Source of the DNA: an uncultured Acidobacteriota bacterium
GTDB taxonomy: Bacteria; Acidobacteriota; Thermoanaerobaculia; Multivoradales; UBA5704
DNA: 64,000 bases
Direction of reading: 5' to 3'
NCBI GenBank assembly: GCA_963700145.1
Contig: OY969474.1
Span: forward strand, 4,128,001 to 4,192,000
Shown in pieces: positions 33,407 to 42,566 of this stretch. A program made the translations under genes and the position numbers. Position 1 is the stretch's first letter, and each line of letters opens with the position of its first letter. The notes beneath the pieces are model-generated. The model saw nothing but the letters and a program-made list of their open reading frames with translations, made no database searches and had not been told where the DNA came from.

Positions 33407-34600
33407 ATGGAGTTCCTTCGCGATACCAACTACGACTTCATGAAGTACCGGAAGTTCTGGGTGTGGGTCTCCCTGCTCCTGGTGGCGTTCGGCATCTTCT
33501 CGATCTTCGTCCACGGCCAGCTGAACATCGGCATCGACTTCGCCGGCGGCACCCAGATCACCCTGAAGTTCCGCCAGCGCCCCGACGTCGACCGCCTGCG
33601 CACGGTGCTGGCGACGACCGGCCTGGGCGAGGTGCAGGTCCAGAGCTTCGGCGAGGAGGCGGACAACACAGTCATCCTCAAGACCCCGATCCTCCAGGGG
33701 ACCGAGGAGGGGAGCCGCGAGCGAGTGGTGGCCGCCCTGACTCGCGAGTTCAGCCCGGACGCGGCGGGCAAGCCCGATCTCAACGCCATCGGCGTCGAGC
33801 GGCTCACCCAGCTCCTCGCCGCGCGCAACCCCGACGGCGTTCCGGCCGGGACGGCGCGGGCGCACTACGCGGGGGTGGCGCGGCAGATCATCGAGGCGCG
33901 CCGCGAGGGCGGCCTCTTCGCCTCCTGGGAGGAGGTGGCGCGCATCCCCGGCGTCTCGCCGCGCGCCGCCGCGGCGCTGCGCGAGGCCGCGGCGCTCGGC
34001 GACTTCGCGGTCCTGGGGGTCGAGAACGTCGGGCCGCAGATCGGCGAGGAGCTGCGCCAGAAGGGGTTCCTGGCGGTCGCCCTCTCGCTGCTCGGCATGC
34101 TGGTCTACATCTGGTTCCGCTTCGAGCTCCGCTTCGGGGTCGGGGCGATGATGGGCTGCATCCACGACGTGCTGGTGACCCTCGGCCTCTACGCCCTGGC
34201 CGGCTTCGAGTTCAACCTGACGACGATCGCCGCCTTCCTGACCCTCGTCGGCTACTCGGTCAACGACACGGTCGTCATCTTCGACCGCATCCGCGAGAAC
34301 ATGCGGAAGAACCGCCGCGAGCCGATGATCCAGACCATGAACCGGAGCATCAACGAGACCCTGTCGCGGACGATCCTGACCGGCGGCTCGACGCTGCTCG
34401 CCGTGGGCTCGCTGCTCATCTGGGGGGGCGACGTCATCCGCGGCTTCGCCTTCGTCATGTTCGTCGGCATCCTGGTCGGGACCTACTCCTCGATCTACGT
34501 CGCCAGCCCCTTCGCGCTGCTCTGGGACCAGCTCTTCGGCGGCGAGAAGCGCAACCGCCGCGCCTCGCAGCCGCCGCGCGACCGCCGCGCGGCCCTATAA
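33407..34600 (+). CDS. secF: Protein translocase subunit SecF (with HhH-like insert)
   Basis: GIDFAGG, VGPQIGEEL, GYSVNDTVVIFDRIRE, GTYSSIYVA. Confidence 0.95.
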   Translation: MEFLRDTNYDFMKYRKFWVWVSLLLVAFGIFSIFVHGQLNIGIDFAGGTQITLKFRQRPDVDRLRTVLATTGLGEVQVQSFGEEADNTVILKTPILQGTEEGSRERVVAALTREFSPDAAGKPDLNAIGVERLTQLLAARNPDGVPAGTARAHYAGVARQIIEARREGGLFASWEEVARIPGVSPRAAAALREAAALGDFAVLGVENVGPQIGEELRQKGFLAVALSLLGMLVYIWFRFELRFGVGAMMGCIHDVLVTLGLYALAGFEFNLTTIAAFLTLVGYSVNDTVVIFDRIRENMRKNRREPMIQTMNRSINETLSRTILTGGSTLLAVGSLLIWGGDVIRGFAFVMFVGILVGTYSSIYVASPFALLWDQLFGGEKRNRRASQPPRDRRAAL

Positions 34601-34642
34601 TCGGGCCTCCCCCGCCGAGGGCCTCCCGCCGGGGGGCCCGCC

Positions 34643-36898
34643 ATGGCCGCCGGCAAGAACCTCGCGACGAAGAGCGTCCCCCCGCCGGTGCAGCCGCGCC
34701 CGCGCGTCCGCTTCGAGGACGTGCTCACCCGGCTCGAGGCCAACGAGCGGCAGGTGGACATCCCCTTCCTGCGCGCCGTTCACGACTTCTCGGCGGAGAT
34801 GCACAAGGACCAGCTGCGGCAGTCCGGCGAGCCCTACCTGACCCACCCCCTGCAGGTCGCCTTCCTCCTCGCCGACCTCAAGTTCGACCAGATCTGCGTC
34901 GCCGTCGGGCTCCTCCACGACGTTCTGGAGGACACGCTCACCACCCGCGAGGTGCTGGAGTCCACCTTCGGGCCTGAGCTCACCGAGCTGGTCGACGGGG
35001 TGACCAAGATCGGCCGCCACGCCTACGTGCGGCACGACGAGGCGCAGGCCGAGACCTTCCGCAAGATGATCCTGGCCTCGGCCAAGGACATCCGGGTGAT
35101 CGTCGTCAAGCTCGCCGACCGCCTGCACAACATGCAGACGCTCCACCACCTCTCACCCGAGGCGCGGCGGCGGATCTCCCGCGAGACGCTCGAGATCTAC
35201 GCCCCCATCGCCCACCGCCTGGGGATGGCGCGGGTCAAGGGGGACCTCGAGGACCTCGCCTTCTACCACCTCTACCCGCACCAGTTCGCCGAGCTGCACA
35301 GCAAGATCGCCGAGAAGCTCAAGCTCGGCCAGCAGGCCACCCAGCGCATCCGCGACAAGCTGGCCGAGACCCTGGGCAAGAACGGCATCGAGGCCGAGAT
35401 CAGCTTCCGCGTCAAGCGCTACTACTCGATCTACGAGAAGCTGCGGCGGCAGGGCATCGACATCTCGCAGCTCTACGACTACCTCGCCTTCCGCATCGTC
35501 ACCCCGAGCCTCAAGGACACGTACGCGGCGCTCGGCATCGTGCACGGCGGCTGGCGCCCCATCCCCGGGCGCTTCAAGGACTACATCGCGATGCCCAAGC
35601 CGAACCTCTACCAGTCGCTGCACACGACGGTGGTGGACGAGCGCGGGCAGCCCTTCGAGGTGCAGATCCGCACCCTCGAGATGGACCTCTTCGCCGAGGA
35701 GGGGATCGCCGCCCACTGGCGCTACAAGGAGGGGAAGGTCGAGCCCGCCGAGAGCGACCCCAACATCCTCTGGCTGCGCCAGCTTCTGGAGTGGCAGAAG
35801 GAGGTGCAGGACCCGCGCACCTTCCTGGCGACTCTCAAGATCGACCTCTACCCCGACGAGGTCTACGCCTTCACCCCCAAGGGGGAGGTGCTCTCCTTCC
35901 CCCGCGGCGCCACCCCGCTCGACTTCGCCTACAAGGTGCACACCGAGCTCGGGCACCACTGCGCCGGGGCGCGGGTCAACGGGAAGCTGGTGCCGCTGCG
36001 CACCCCGCTGTCGAACGGCGACTTGGTGGAGATCATCACCAACCCCTCCCGCAATCCCTCCCGCGACTGGCTCAACTTCGTCGCCACCTCGCGCGCCAAG
36101 AGCAAGATCCGGCAGTGGCTCAACACCCAGCAGAAGGAGGGGGCGGTCGAGATCGGGCGGCGGGTCTTCGAGAAGGAGCTCAAGAAGTACGGCTTGAGCC
36201 CGCGCCGGGTGCTGGACACCCCGGAGATGACCAAGTACCTCAAAGACGAGGGCTTGAGCCGGCTGGACGACCTCTACGGGCGGCTCGGCTTCGGCAAGCT
36301 GGAGCCGCGGCAGGTGCTGGCGCGGGTGGTGGGGGAGGAGCGGCTGGGGGAGCCGTCCGAGGCGCCGAAGCCGGGGCTGCTGCGGCAGGCGGTGTCGCGC
36401 ATCCTCCCCTTCGGCGGCGACGGTCCGATCACGGTCAAGGGGCAGGGGGACATGCTGGCCTACCTCGCCAAGTGCTGCAACCCGCTGCCGGGCGAGGAGA
36501 TCGTCGGCTACGTCACCCGCGGCCGCGGCGTCTCGGTGCACTCGCTCGACTGCCGCAACGTCAAGAACCTGCTCTACAACCCGGAGCGCGAGATCGAGGT
36601 GCAGTGGGCGAAGCAGAAGGACGACGTCTACCAGATCGCCCTGACCATCGAGACCGCCGACCAGCCGGGGATGCTCGCCCGCCTCACCGAGGCCATCGCC
36701 AAGGCCGACAGCAACATCACCCAGATCGAAGCCGACACCCGCGAGACCGGCGGCCGCGGCCTGATCCAAGTCGTCGTCGAGCTGCGCAACCGCAAGCACC
36801 TCGACAAGCTCATCCGCGAGCTCCGCGCCGTCGCCGGCGTCCTCCGCGTCGACCGCCGAATGACCGGCGGCACGACGCGGGCGGAGGCGTTCAACTAG
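34643..36898 (+). CDS. rel: Bifunctional (p)ppGpp synthetase/hydrolase (RelA/SpoT family)
   Basis: SGEPYLTHP, LLHDVLED, KLADRLHNM, RFKDYIAMPKPNLYQSLHT, TGS, CCNPLPG, ACT. Confidence 0.96.
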   Translation: MAAGKNLATKSVPPPVQPRPRVRFEDVLTRLEANERQVDIPFLRAVHDFSAEMHKDQLRQSGEPYLTHPLQVAFLLADLKFDQICVAVGLLHDVLEDTLTTREVLESTFGPELTELVDGVTKIGRHAYVRHDEAQAETFRKMILASAKDIRVIVVKLADRLHNMQTLHHLSPEARRRISRETLEIYAPIAHRLGMARVKGDLEDLAFYHLYPHQFAELHSKIAEKLKLGQQATQRIRDKLAETLGKNGIEAEISFRVKRYYSIYEKLRRQGIDISQLYDYLAFRIVTPSLKDTYAALGIVHGGWRPIPGRFKDYIAMPKPNLYQSLHTTVVDERGQPFEVQIRTLEMDLFAEEGIAAHWRYKEGKVEPAESDPNILWLRQLLEWQKEVQDPRTFLATLKIDLYPDEVYAFTPKGEVLSFPRGATPLDFAYKVHTELGHHCAGARVNGKLVPLRTPLSNGDLVEIITNPSRNPSRDWLNFVATSRAKSKIRQWLNTQQKEGAVEIGRRVFEKELKKYGLSPRRVLDTPEMTKYLKDEGLSRLDDLYGRLGFGKLEPRQVLARVVGEERLGEPSEAPKPGLLRQAVSRILPFGGDGPITVKGQGDMLAYLAKCCNPLPGEEIVGYVTRGRGVSVHSLDCRNVKNLLYNPEREIEVQWAKQKDDVYQIALTIETADQPGMLARLTEAIAKADSNITQIEADTRETGGRGLIQVVVELRNRKHLDKLIRELRAVAGVLRVDRRMTGGTTRAEAFN

Positions 36899-36961
36899 GA
36901 GGGCCGCCTCCTTCCGACTAGTCAGTTCGTCCTTATCTGTTGGCACGCAAGGGGGGTAAGT

Positions 36962-37447
36962 GTGGCGATCCTTTTGACGGTTCTGATGGCTGTGGCGGCG
37001 CAAGCTCAGTCGGGTGTTCAGGTGGACAAGCCGCCGGCGGATGAGAGTCGCGTGGAGTCGCCGGCGCGCCTGACGACCCGCCTCGGCGATCTTTCCGGCC
37101 AAGGGGACTTTTGGCAGACGCGAGAGTTCGGCGCGATCTCGGTCGATGGCGTGCGCATGATGCCGATCCAGATTTGGGAGAAGTCGGACCGGAAGGGAGT
37201 TCGCCTGCGGCTCCGCGCCTACGCCACGCTCGATCCGGGCGAGGACAAGGACGTGCACCTACGGTGGGAGTTCATGGAGGATGAGGAGGTGGTGGTGGAC
37301 TTCCGTTCGCCGGAATACATCGGGGCTCCGCAAGGCGAAGTAGATTGGGAGGAGTATGAGCTGCGGATGACGCGTGAGCAGTTCGAGCGCGTCTTCGGCG
37401 GCAAGGGCAAGCTCCGGTTGACGGTCGACGTCAGGCCAGAGGCGTAA
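36962..37447 (+). CDS. Hypothetical exported protein
   Basis: 161-aa ORF with signal-like N-terminus and atypical codon usage. Confidence 0.55.
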   Translation: MAILLTVLMAVAAQAQSGVQVDKPPADESRVESPARLTTRLGDLSGQGDFWQTREFGAISVDGVRMMPIQIWEKSDRKGVRLRLRAYATLDPGEDKDVHLRWEFMEDEEVVVDFRSPEYIGAPQGEVDWEEYELRMTREQFERVFGGKGKLRLTVDVRPEA

Positions 37448-37476
37448 TCACTACCAGGCCGCGAGCTGGGCCTGCC

Positions 37477-37875
37477 TTACCCGTCCCTGGAGTTCCACTC
37501 CAAGCAGGACAGGCCCGCGACACGCCGGAACTCGCGGGCGTTCGCAGTGATCAAGGTCGCCCCCAGGCGGCGGGCGTGGGCGGCGATGAGGAGGTCGAGC
37601 GGACCGATGACGAGGCCCCTCTTCTCGAGATCGACGCGCAGCTCGCCGTAGTGGCCGGCGCTCTCGATATCCCAGGGGGCGACCTCGAAGAGCTCGGTGA
37701 AGGCGTCGACGGCCTTCCGCTGCACGGCGGGACGGGCGGAGCGCCGGATGCCGACCTCGAGCTCCGCCAAGGTGATCACGGAGAGCACGCAGTCCGAGGC
37801 TTCCGGCAGGGGAGTGCTCGGGCTGCGGCCGCGTAGCAGCTCCACGCAGACCGAAGTCTCCAGCATGAAGCGCAC
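37477..37875 (-). CDS. vapC: VapC/PIN toxin
   Basis: LETSVC, SVITLAELEVG, IGPLDLLIAAHA, LITANAREF. Confidence 0.9.
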   Translation of the reverse strand: MRFMLETSVCVELLRGRSPSTPLPEASDCVLSVITLAELEVGIRRSARPAVQRKAVDAFTELFEVAPWDIESAGHYGELRVDLEKRGLVIGPLDLLIAAHARRLGATLITANAREFRRVAGLSCLEWNSRDG

Positions 37876-37883
37876 GTCGGCCC

Positions 37884-38138
37884 TTAGTCGAGCTTCAGGT
37901 CCCGGACCTGCGGCTCGAGCGGCTGCTCGCGGTCGGGGAAGTCCGCCGCCTCGGGGAAGTTCTCGCGCATGAACCGGGCGACATCCGCGAGCGTCTTGAG
38001 CCGCGGCTTCGGCTTCGGCCGCAAGACCACCTCGCCGCCGCGCCGTTCGATTTCCACTTCCGAGCCCTCGAAGCGGAACTCCTTGGGCAGCCGCACCGCT
38101 TGGCTGCCGCCATGCTGAAAGAGCTTCGCCGTAGCCAT
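37884..38138 (-). CDS. vapB: VapB (AbrB/SpoVT-fold) antitoxin
   Basis: MATAKLFQHGGSQAVRLPKEFRFEGSEVEI. Confidence 0.92.
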   Translation of the reverse strand: MATAKLFQHGGSQAVRLPKEFRFEGSEVEIERRGGEVVLRPKPKPRLKTLADVARFMRENFPEAADFPDREQPLEPQVRDLKLD

Positions 38139-38173
38139 ATCTACAGTCTGTAGATACGGAACTCGACTGTCAA
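38138..38173 (-). promoter_or_regulatory. vapBC promoter and palindromic operator
   Basis: TTGACA-N17-CAGACT-N6-ATG on the minus strand; perfect palindrome TATCTACAG-T-CTGTAGATA at 38138-38156. Confidence 0.7.
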
Positions 38174-38360
38174 CCACCTCTTGAGAGGACACAGAGAGCG
38201 GGGCCTCATCCCTTCAGCGCGGGGCCGACAGTTCTTCAGGCGGTCGCCGGGCGGTTCGTTGGGCCGGCTGAGTCCTTCGTTGGGCCTTCCGGGCTTGGGC
38301 AGGAGTCCGGGACCCAGCGAATCCACCGCGGCTATGCGGGCGCGGAGCGCTGCTTGCCGC

Positions 38361-38392
38361 TGCGAGCCAGTATTTATGCGAGCCAGTATTTA
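38361..38392. repeat. Perfect 16-bp tandem duplication
   Basis: TGCGAGCCAGTATTTA x2. Confidence 0.9.
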
Positions 38393-38644
38393 GAGGACGG
38401 CGGTGGCGAAGCGGACCGAGAGCCTGCGTTGTGCCTTCGCCCAGGCCGAGGCCGCGTTGCGCGGTGCTCAGCGATCGCCTGCTCGCCGCCCTGCCGAATT
38501 GGCGCGTCAGCGGCGTCCAGATCGCCGCCGGCACCGTGACCCTCACCCTCACCCTCACCACCGCCAAGACCGCCCGCGCCCTGACTCCGGAGGAGCTGGA
38601 GCTCGCGGCGGAGCTGGAGAAGGTCGCGTAACGCCCGCCGGAAG

Positions 38645-38945
38645 CCCGGGAATGTCCCTGCGCGACCTTCAGACGCCCCGGTGGAGCCTCCCAATGTCCT
38701 CCCGGGACCTCGGAACCTCCTGCGCGCTCTCCGGAACCTCCTGCGCGGCGCCGGGAATCGATTGCGCGACGCCGGGAACTGGTTGCGCGCGCTGCGGAAC
38801 CTCCTCCGAGCCGCTCGGAAAGGATTCCCGGCGCTCCGCAACCTGTTCCCCGGCCCCCGCAACACATTCCCGGGCCCACGCAACCCATTCCCACGCTCCG
38901 GGAAAGGGTTCCGAAGCCGCCGGAGGACGTTCCACGCCTCCTGGA
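38645..38945. repeat. Degenerate 21-bp tandem array B (~11-14 units)
   Basis: cggaacctcctgcgcgctctc / cggaacctcctgcgcggcgcc / gggaatcgattgcgcgacgcc / cgcaacacattcccgggccca in phase. Confidence 0.8.
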
Positions 38946-39019
38946 GGCCATTGGGCGCCGCTCGGCGAGCGTCGCGGGTCATCCCGAGGCTCGCGGGCGT
39001 TATCCCCCCGGGAGTGCGG

Positions 39020-39051
39020 AAACAAAAACGCCCGGCGCGGAGGCCGGGCGT
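39020..39051 (-). terminator. rpmB terminator
   Basis: ACGCCCGGC/GCCGGGCGT stem followed by TTTTGTTT on the minus strand. Confidence 0.75.
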
Positions 39052-39075
39052 ACGGGTTTGCTCCTGTCGTCGAGG

Positions 39076-39306
39076 CTACGAGCCTGCCGCCCCCTCCTCG
39101 GGGGTCCAGCGGCGGACCGGGGCCTTCTGGACCTTGCCGCTGCGCAGGCACCGGGTGCAGACCCGCACCCGGCGGACGGTGCCGTCGATGATCGCGCGCA
39201 CCCGCTGGAGGTTGGGCTCCCAGGTGCGGGAGGTGACGTTGTGGGCGTGGCTGATGTTGCGGCCGGTAACCGTTCCCTTGCCGCAGATGTCGCACTGTTT
39301 GGCCAT
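39076..39306 (-). CDS. rpmB: 50S ribosomal protein L28
   Basis: MAKQCDICGKGTVTGRNISHAHNVTSRTWEPNLQ..VCTRCLRSGKV. Confidence 0.96.
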   Translation of the reverse strand: MAKQCDICGKGTVTGRNISHAHNVTSRTWEPNLQRVRAIIDGTVRRVRVCTRCLRSGKVQKAPVRRWTPEEGAAGS

Positions 39307-39492
39307 GACCTGACTCTCCTGAAGCGCCCGCGAGGGGACGCGGCAAGATAGCAGATCGGCCCCGCTCCCCGCAACCGCGGCGCGGCGCCGCCCGTCACTT
39401 CGCAAGGACTTGACGCCAAAAGCCTTTCTCGCCCCAGGAGCGTGAGGTAGAGTGCGCGCCAGCGAACAAATAGCCATAGATGCATTCGCGTC

Positions 39493-39521
39493 TTGACACC
39501 GGTAGGTGTTGCTGCTAGCTT
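39493..39521 (+). promoter_or_regulatory. Putative sigma70 promoter of the pil operon
   Basis: TTGACA-N17-TAGCTT with an extended TG. Confidence 0.6.
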
Positions 39522-39594
39522 CCAGCGAAGCTTTAAGCAGCCACACCTAAGTTACGTTGAACACTGGCCTTTCCGGGGGAGCCATCGAGGAATC

Positions 39595-40653
39595 GTGCTG
39601 TTCTCCAGGCCCAAGGGCGTTGTCGGACTGGACATCGGCAGCTCGGCCGTCAAGCTGGTCGAGCTGAAGGAGCGCCGGCCGAACGAGTTCCACCTCCAGC
39701 GCCTCGGGGTCGAGCCGCTCTCCCCGGAGGCCATCGTCGACGGCTCGATCATGGACTCCTCCCTGGTCGTCGACGCCATCCACAAGCTCAACGACCACAC
39801 CAAGGTCAAGGGGACGCAGTACGCCACCTCCCTCTCCGGCCACTCGGTCATCATCAAGAAGATCCAGCTCCCGGCCGTCACCCCCGAGGAGCTCGCCGAG
39901 TCGATCCAGTGGGAGGCCGAGCAGTACATCCCCTTCGACATCAACGACGTCCGCCTCGACTACGTGGTCCTCTCCGAGGGCGAGCCGGGGCGCGACACCA
40001 TGGAGGTCCTCCTCGTCGCGGTCAAGCGCGACAAGGTCAACGACTACGTCTCGGTGATCAGCCAGACCGGCAAGAGCCCGGCCCTCGTCGACGTCGACGC
40101 CTTCGCCGTCCAGAACGCCTACGAGGTCAACTACGACCTCGACCCGCGCAAGGTGGTGGCGCTGATCAACACCGGCGCCTCGGTCACCAACATCAACATC
40201 CTGGCCCGCGGCTCGACCGTCTTCTGGCGCGACATCTCCTTCGGCGGCAACCAGTTCACCGAGGCCCTGCAGCGCGAGTTCAACCTCTCTTTCGACCAGG
40301 CCGAGGCGCTCAAGCGCGGCCAGCAGGTGGACCGCTACGGCGCCGGCGAGGCGCGCCCGGTCCTCGACACGGTCTCGAGCGAGCTGGCGGGCGAGATCCG
40401 CAAGACCTTCGACTTCTTCTCCGCCACCTCGTCGGAGGGGCCGGTCGACGAGCTGGTGGTCTCCGGCGGCTGCGCCCTGACCCCGAACCTGCTGCAGGTG
40501 CTGCGCGAGCGCTTCGAGGTGCCGACCGAGGTGATGAACCCCCTCAAGCGGATCCACTTCCGCGACAGCGACTTCGACGGCCAGTGGCTGCAGTCGGTGG
40601 CGCCGATGATGGCGGTGGCGGTGGGGCTGGGCATCCGCAAGGTCGGCGACTAA
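39595..40653 (+). CDS. pilM: Type IV pilus assembly protein PilM
   Basis: VGLDIGSSAVKLVEL, WEAEQYIPFD, VSGGCA, AVGLG. Confidence 0.94.
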   Translation: MLFSRPKGVVGLDIGSSAVKLVELKERRPNEFHLQRLGVEPLSPEAIVDGSIMDSSLVVDAIHKLNDHTKVKGTQYATSLSGHSVIIKKIQLPAVTPEELAESIQWEAEQYIPFDINDVRLDYVVLSEGEPGRDTMEVLLVAVKRDKVNDYVSVISQTGKSPALVDVDAFAVQNAYEVNYDLDPRKVVALINTGASVTNINILARGSTVFWRDISFGGNQFTEALQREFNLSFDQAEALKRGQQVDRYGAGEARPVLDTVSSELAGEIRKTFDFFSATSSEGPVDELVVSGGCALTPNLLQVLRERFEVPTEVMNPLKRIHFRDSDFDGQWLQSVAPMMAVAVGLGIRKVGD

Positions 40654-41301
40654 GTGGTCAAGATCAACCTCCTCGCCGAGGGCAAGCGCGCCGCGGTCCG
40701 CAAGGCGCGCCCGACGGCCCTGCTCGAAGGGCGGGACGTCGGCACCTACATGCTGGTCGGCGGCCTGCTGGTCGGCCTGCTCGCGGCGCTCGTCTGGTGG
40801 TGGATGCTCGACAACCGGATCGAGACCCAGCAGGAGCAGATCGCGGCCGCCGAGGCCGAGTGGAAACGGCTGGAGTCGATCAGCAAGGAGGTCGAGGGGT
40901 ACAAGACGGACAAGGCCGAGCTGGAGCGCAAGATCGGCGTCATCAAGGACCTCAAGCTGGCGCAGCGCGGGCCGGTGCGGGTCCTCGACCACATCTCGCG
41001 CTCCCTGCCCGAGCTGCTCTGGCTCGACCGCATGCACATGACCCTCGACACGATCGAGCTCGAAGGGCGGGCGCTCAACACCAACGCCGTCGCCAACTTC
41101 ATCGAGAACCTCGACCGGGTGCCGGAGTTCGAGGAGCCGACGCTGCAGGAGGCCATCGAGCAGACCGGCGGCGTCTACAAGTTCAACCTCAACCTGCGCT
41201 ACTCCTTCACGCCGCCGCCGGCGCTCGCCGGCACGGCCGCCCCCGGGACCCCTCCCGCCGTCCCCGCCGGCGCGGCCGCCCCCGGCGCCGGGGCGAGCTA
41301 G
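40654..41301 (+). CDS. pilN: Type IV pilus assembly protein PilN
   Basis: KINLL motif, single TM, LPELLWL. Confidence 0.9.
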   Translation: MVKINLLAEGKRAAVRKARPTALLEGRDVGTYMLVGGLLVGLLAALVWWWMLDNRIETQQEQIAAAEAEWKRLESISKEVEGYKTDKAELERKIGVIKDLKLAQRGPVRVLDHISRSLPELLWLDRMHMTLDTIELEGRALNTNAVANFIENLDRVPEFEEPTLQEAIEQTGGVYKFNLNLRYSFTPPPALAGTAAPGTPPAVPAGAAAPGAGAS

Positions 41302-41313
41302 GAAGCCGGCGCG

Positions 41314-41973
41314 ATGGCTCTCAAGACCGGCCTCGAGGGGAAGCCCTGGTACTACGCCCTGGCCGTCGGGCTGATCACCGGCGGCCTGCTGCTCGGCGGC
41401 GTCTACTTCCTCAAGCTGAGCAAGATGAAGGACGAGATCGCGGCGCAGGAGGCGACGCTCACCGACCTGCAGAACCGCATCCAGGAGGCGCAGGCGGCCG
41501 AGCGCGACCTGCCCAAGTTCCGCGAGGAGGTGCGGCGGCTGCAGCTCGAGCTCGACAAGCTGCTGCGCATCCTGCCGACCCGGCGCAACACCCCCGACCT
41601 GCTGCGGAAGATCCGCTCGCTCACCGAGCAGGGCAACTTCACCCTCAAGCGCTTCACCCCGGCGCAGCTCAGCGACCGCGACTTCTACAGCGAGTGGCCG
41701 ATCCAGGTGGGAGTGGACGGCACCTACCACAACCTGGCGCTGTTCTTCGACAAGATCGGCCGCTTCTCGCGCATCATCAACATCGAGGACCTCAAGGTCG
41801 CCGCCCACCCCAGCCAGGCGCGCCTCTCCCAAGTCGAGGGGGGGCACACGATCACCGCCGAGTTCCAGGCCAAGACCTTCGTCTACAAAGAGCCCGCGCC
41901 GGTGACGGCGGAGGCGCCGGCGCCGGGCTCGCCGGCCGCCGCCGCTCTCGCCGCTCCGCCCGACGCCCAGTGA
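41314..41973 (+). CDS. pilO: Type IV pilus assembly protein PilO
   Basis: TM plus coiled coil, ILP, GTYHNLALFFDKIGRFSRIINI. Confidence 0.9.
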   Translation: MALKTGLEGKPWYYALAVGLITGGLLLGGVYFLKLSKMKDEIAAQEATLTDLQNRIQEAQAAERDLPKFREEVRRLQLELDKLLRILPTRRNTPDLLRKIRSLTEQGNFTLKRFTPAQLSDRDFYSEWPIQVGVDGTYHNLALFFDKIGRFSRIINIEDLKVAAHPSQARLSQVEGGHTITAEFQAKTFVYKEPAPVTAEAPAPGSPAAAALAAPPDAQ

Positions 41974-42533
41974 GGAAGACCGTGTCGATCGAGCGCCGTC
42001 CAGCCCACCTCGTCGCCGCCCTGCTCGCCGGGCTCGCCAGCCTCGCGCTCCTGGCCGCGCCGGGCGCCGCGCGGCAGGCGCCCGCGCCGCCGGGCGCCAC
42101 CCCGGCCGAGCGCGCGCGCGAGCAAACGCAGCCGACGCCGACCGAGGGCATCCAGCAGATCCTCGAAGAGGAGGAGGACGTGCTGTCGGGCGAGGGCTAC
42201 ACCTACGATCCCGGCAACCGCCGCGACCCCTTCAAGTCGCTGCTCGCCGGGCCGGAGCGCACCCAGTTCAAGGGCCCGCGGCCGGAGGGGATCCCCGGCC
42301 TGCTGATCGACGAGATCGACCTGACCGGCATCTTCCGCACCGGCCGCGGCTACGCGGCGCAGGTCAAGGCCGCCAACCAGGCCAAGAGCTACCTGATCAA
42401 GGAAGGGGACCGGCTCTACGACGGAGAGGTCCTCAGCATCAGCGGCGACGCAGTGGTCTTCAAGCAGACCGTCCAGGACCCCACTGCGCTCAAACCGTTC
42501 CGCGAGGTGACCAAGAAGCTGAACCCGGCGTAA
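41970..42533 (+). CDS. pilP: PilP-like protein
   Basis: YDPGNRRDPFKSL, LTGIF; position between pilO and pilQ. Confidence 0.75.
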   Translation: MRKTVSIERRPAHLVAALLAGLASLALLAAPGAARQAPAPPGATPAERAREQTQPTPTEGIQQILEEEEDVLSGEGYTYDPGNRRDPFKSLLAGPERTQFKGPRPEGIPGLLIDEIDLTGIFRTGRGYAAQVKAANQAKSYLIKEGDRLYDGEVLSISGDAVVFKQTVQDPTALKPFREVTKKLNPA

Positions 42534-42566
42534 CGGGAAGCGAGCCCCGAAAGGGAGGCGAGTGCC

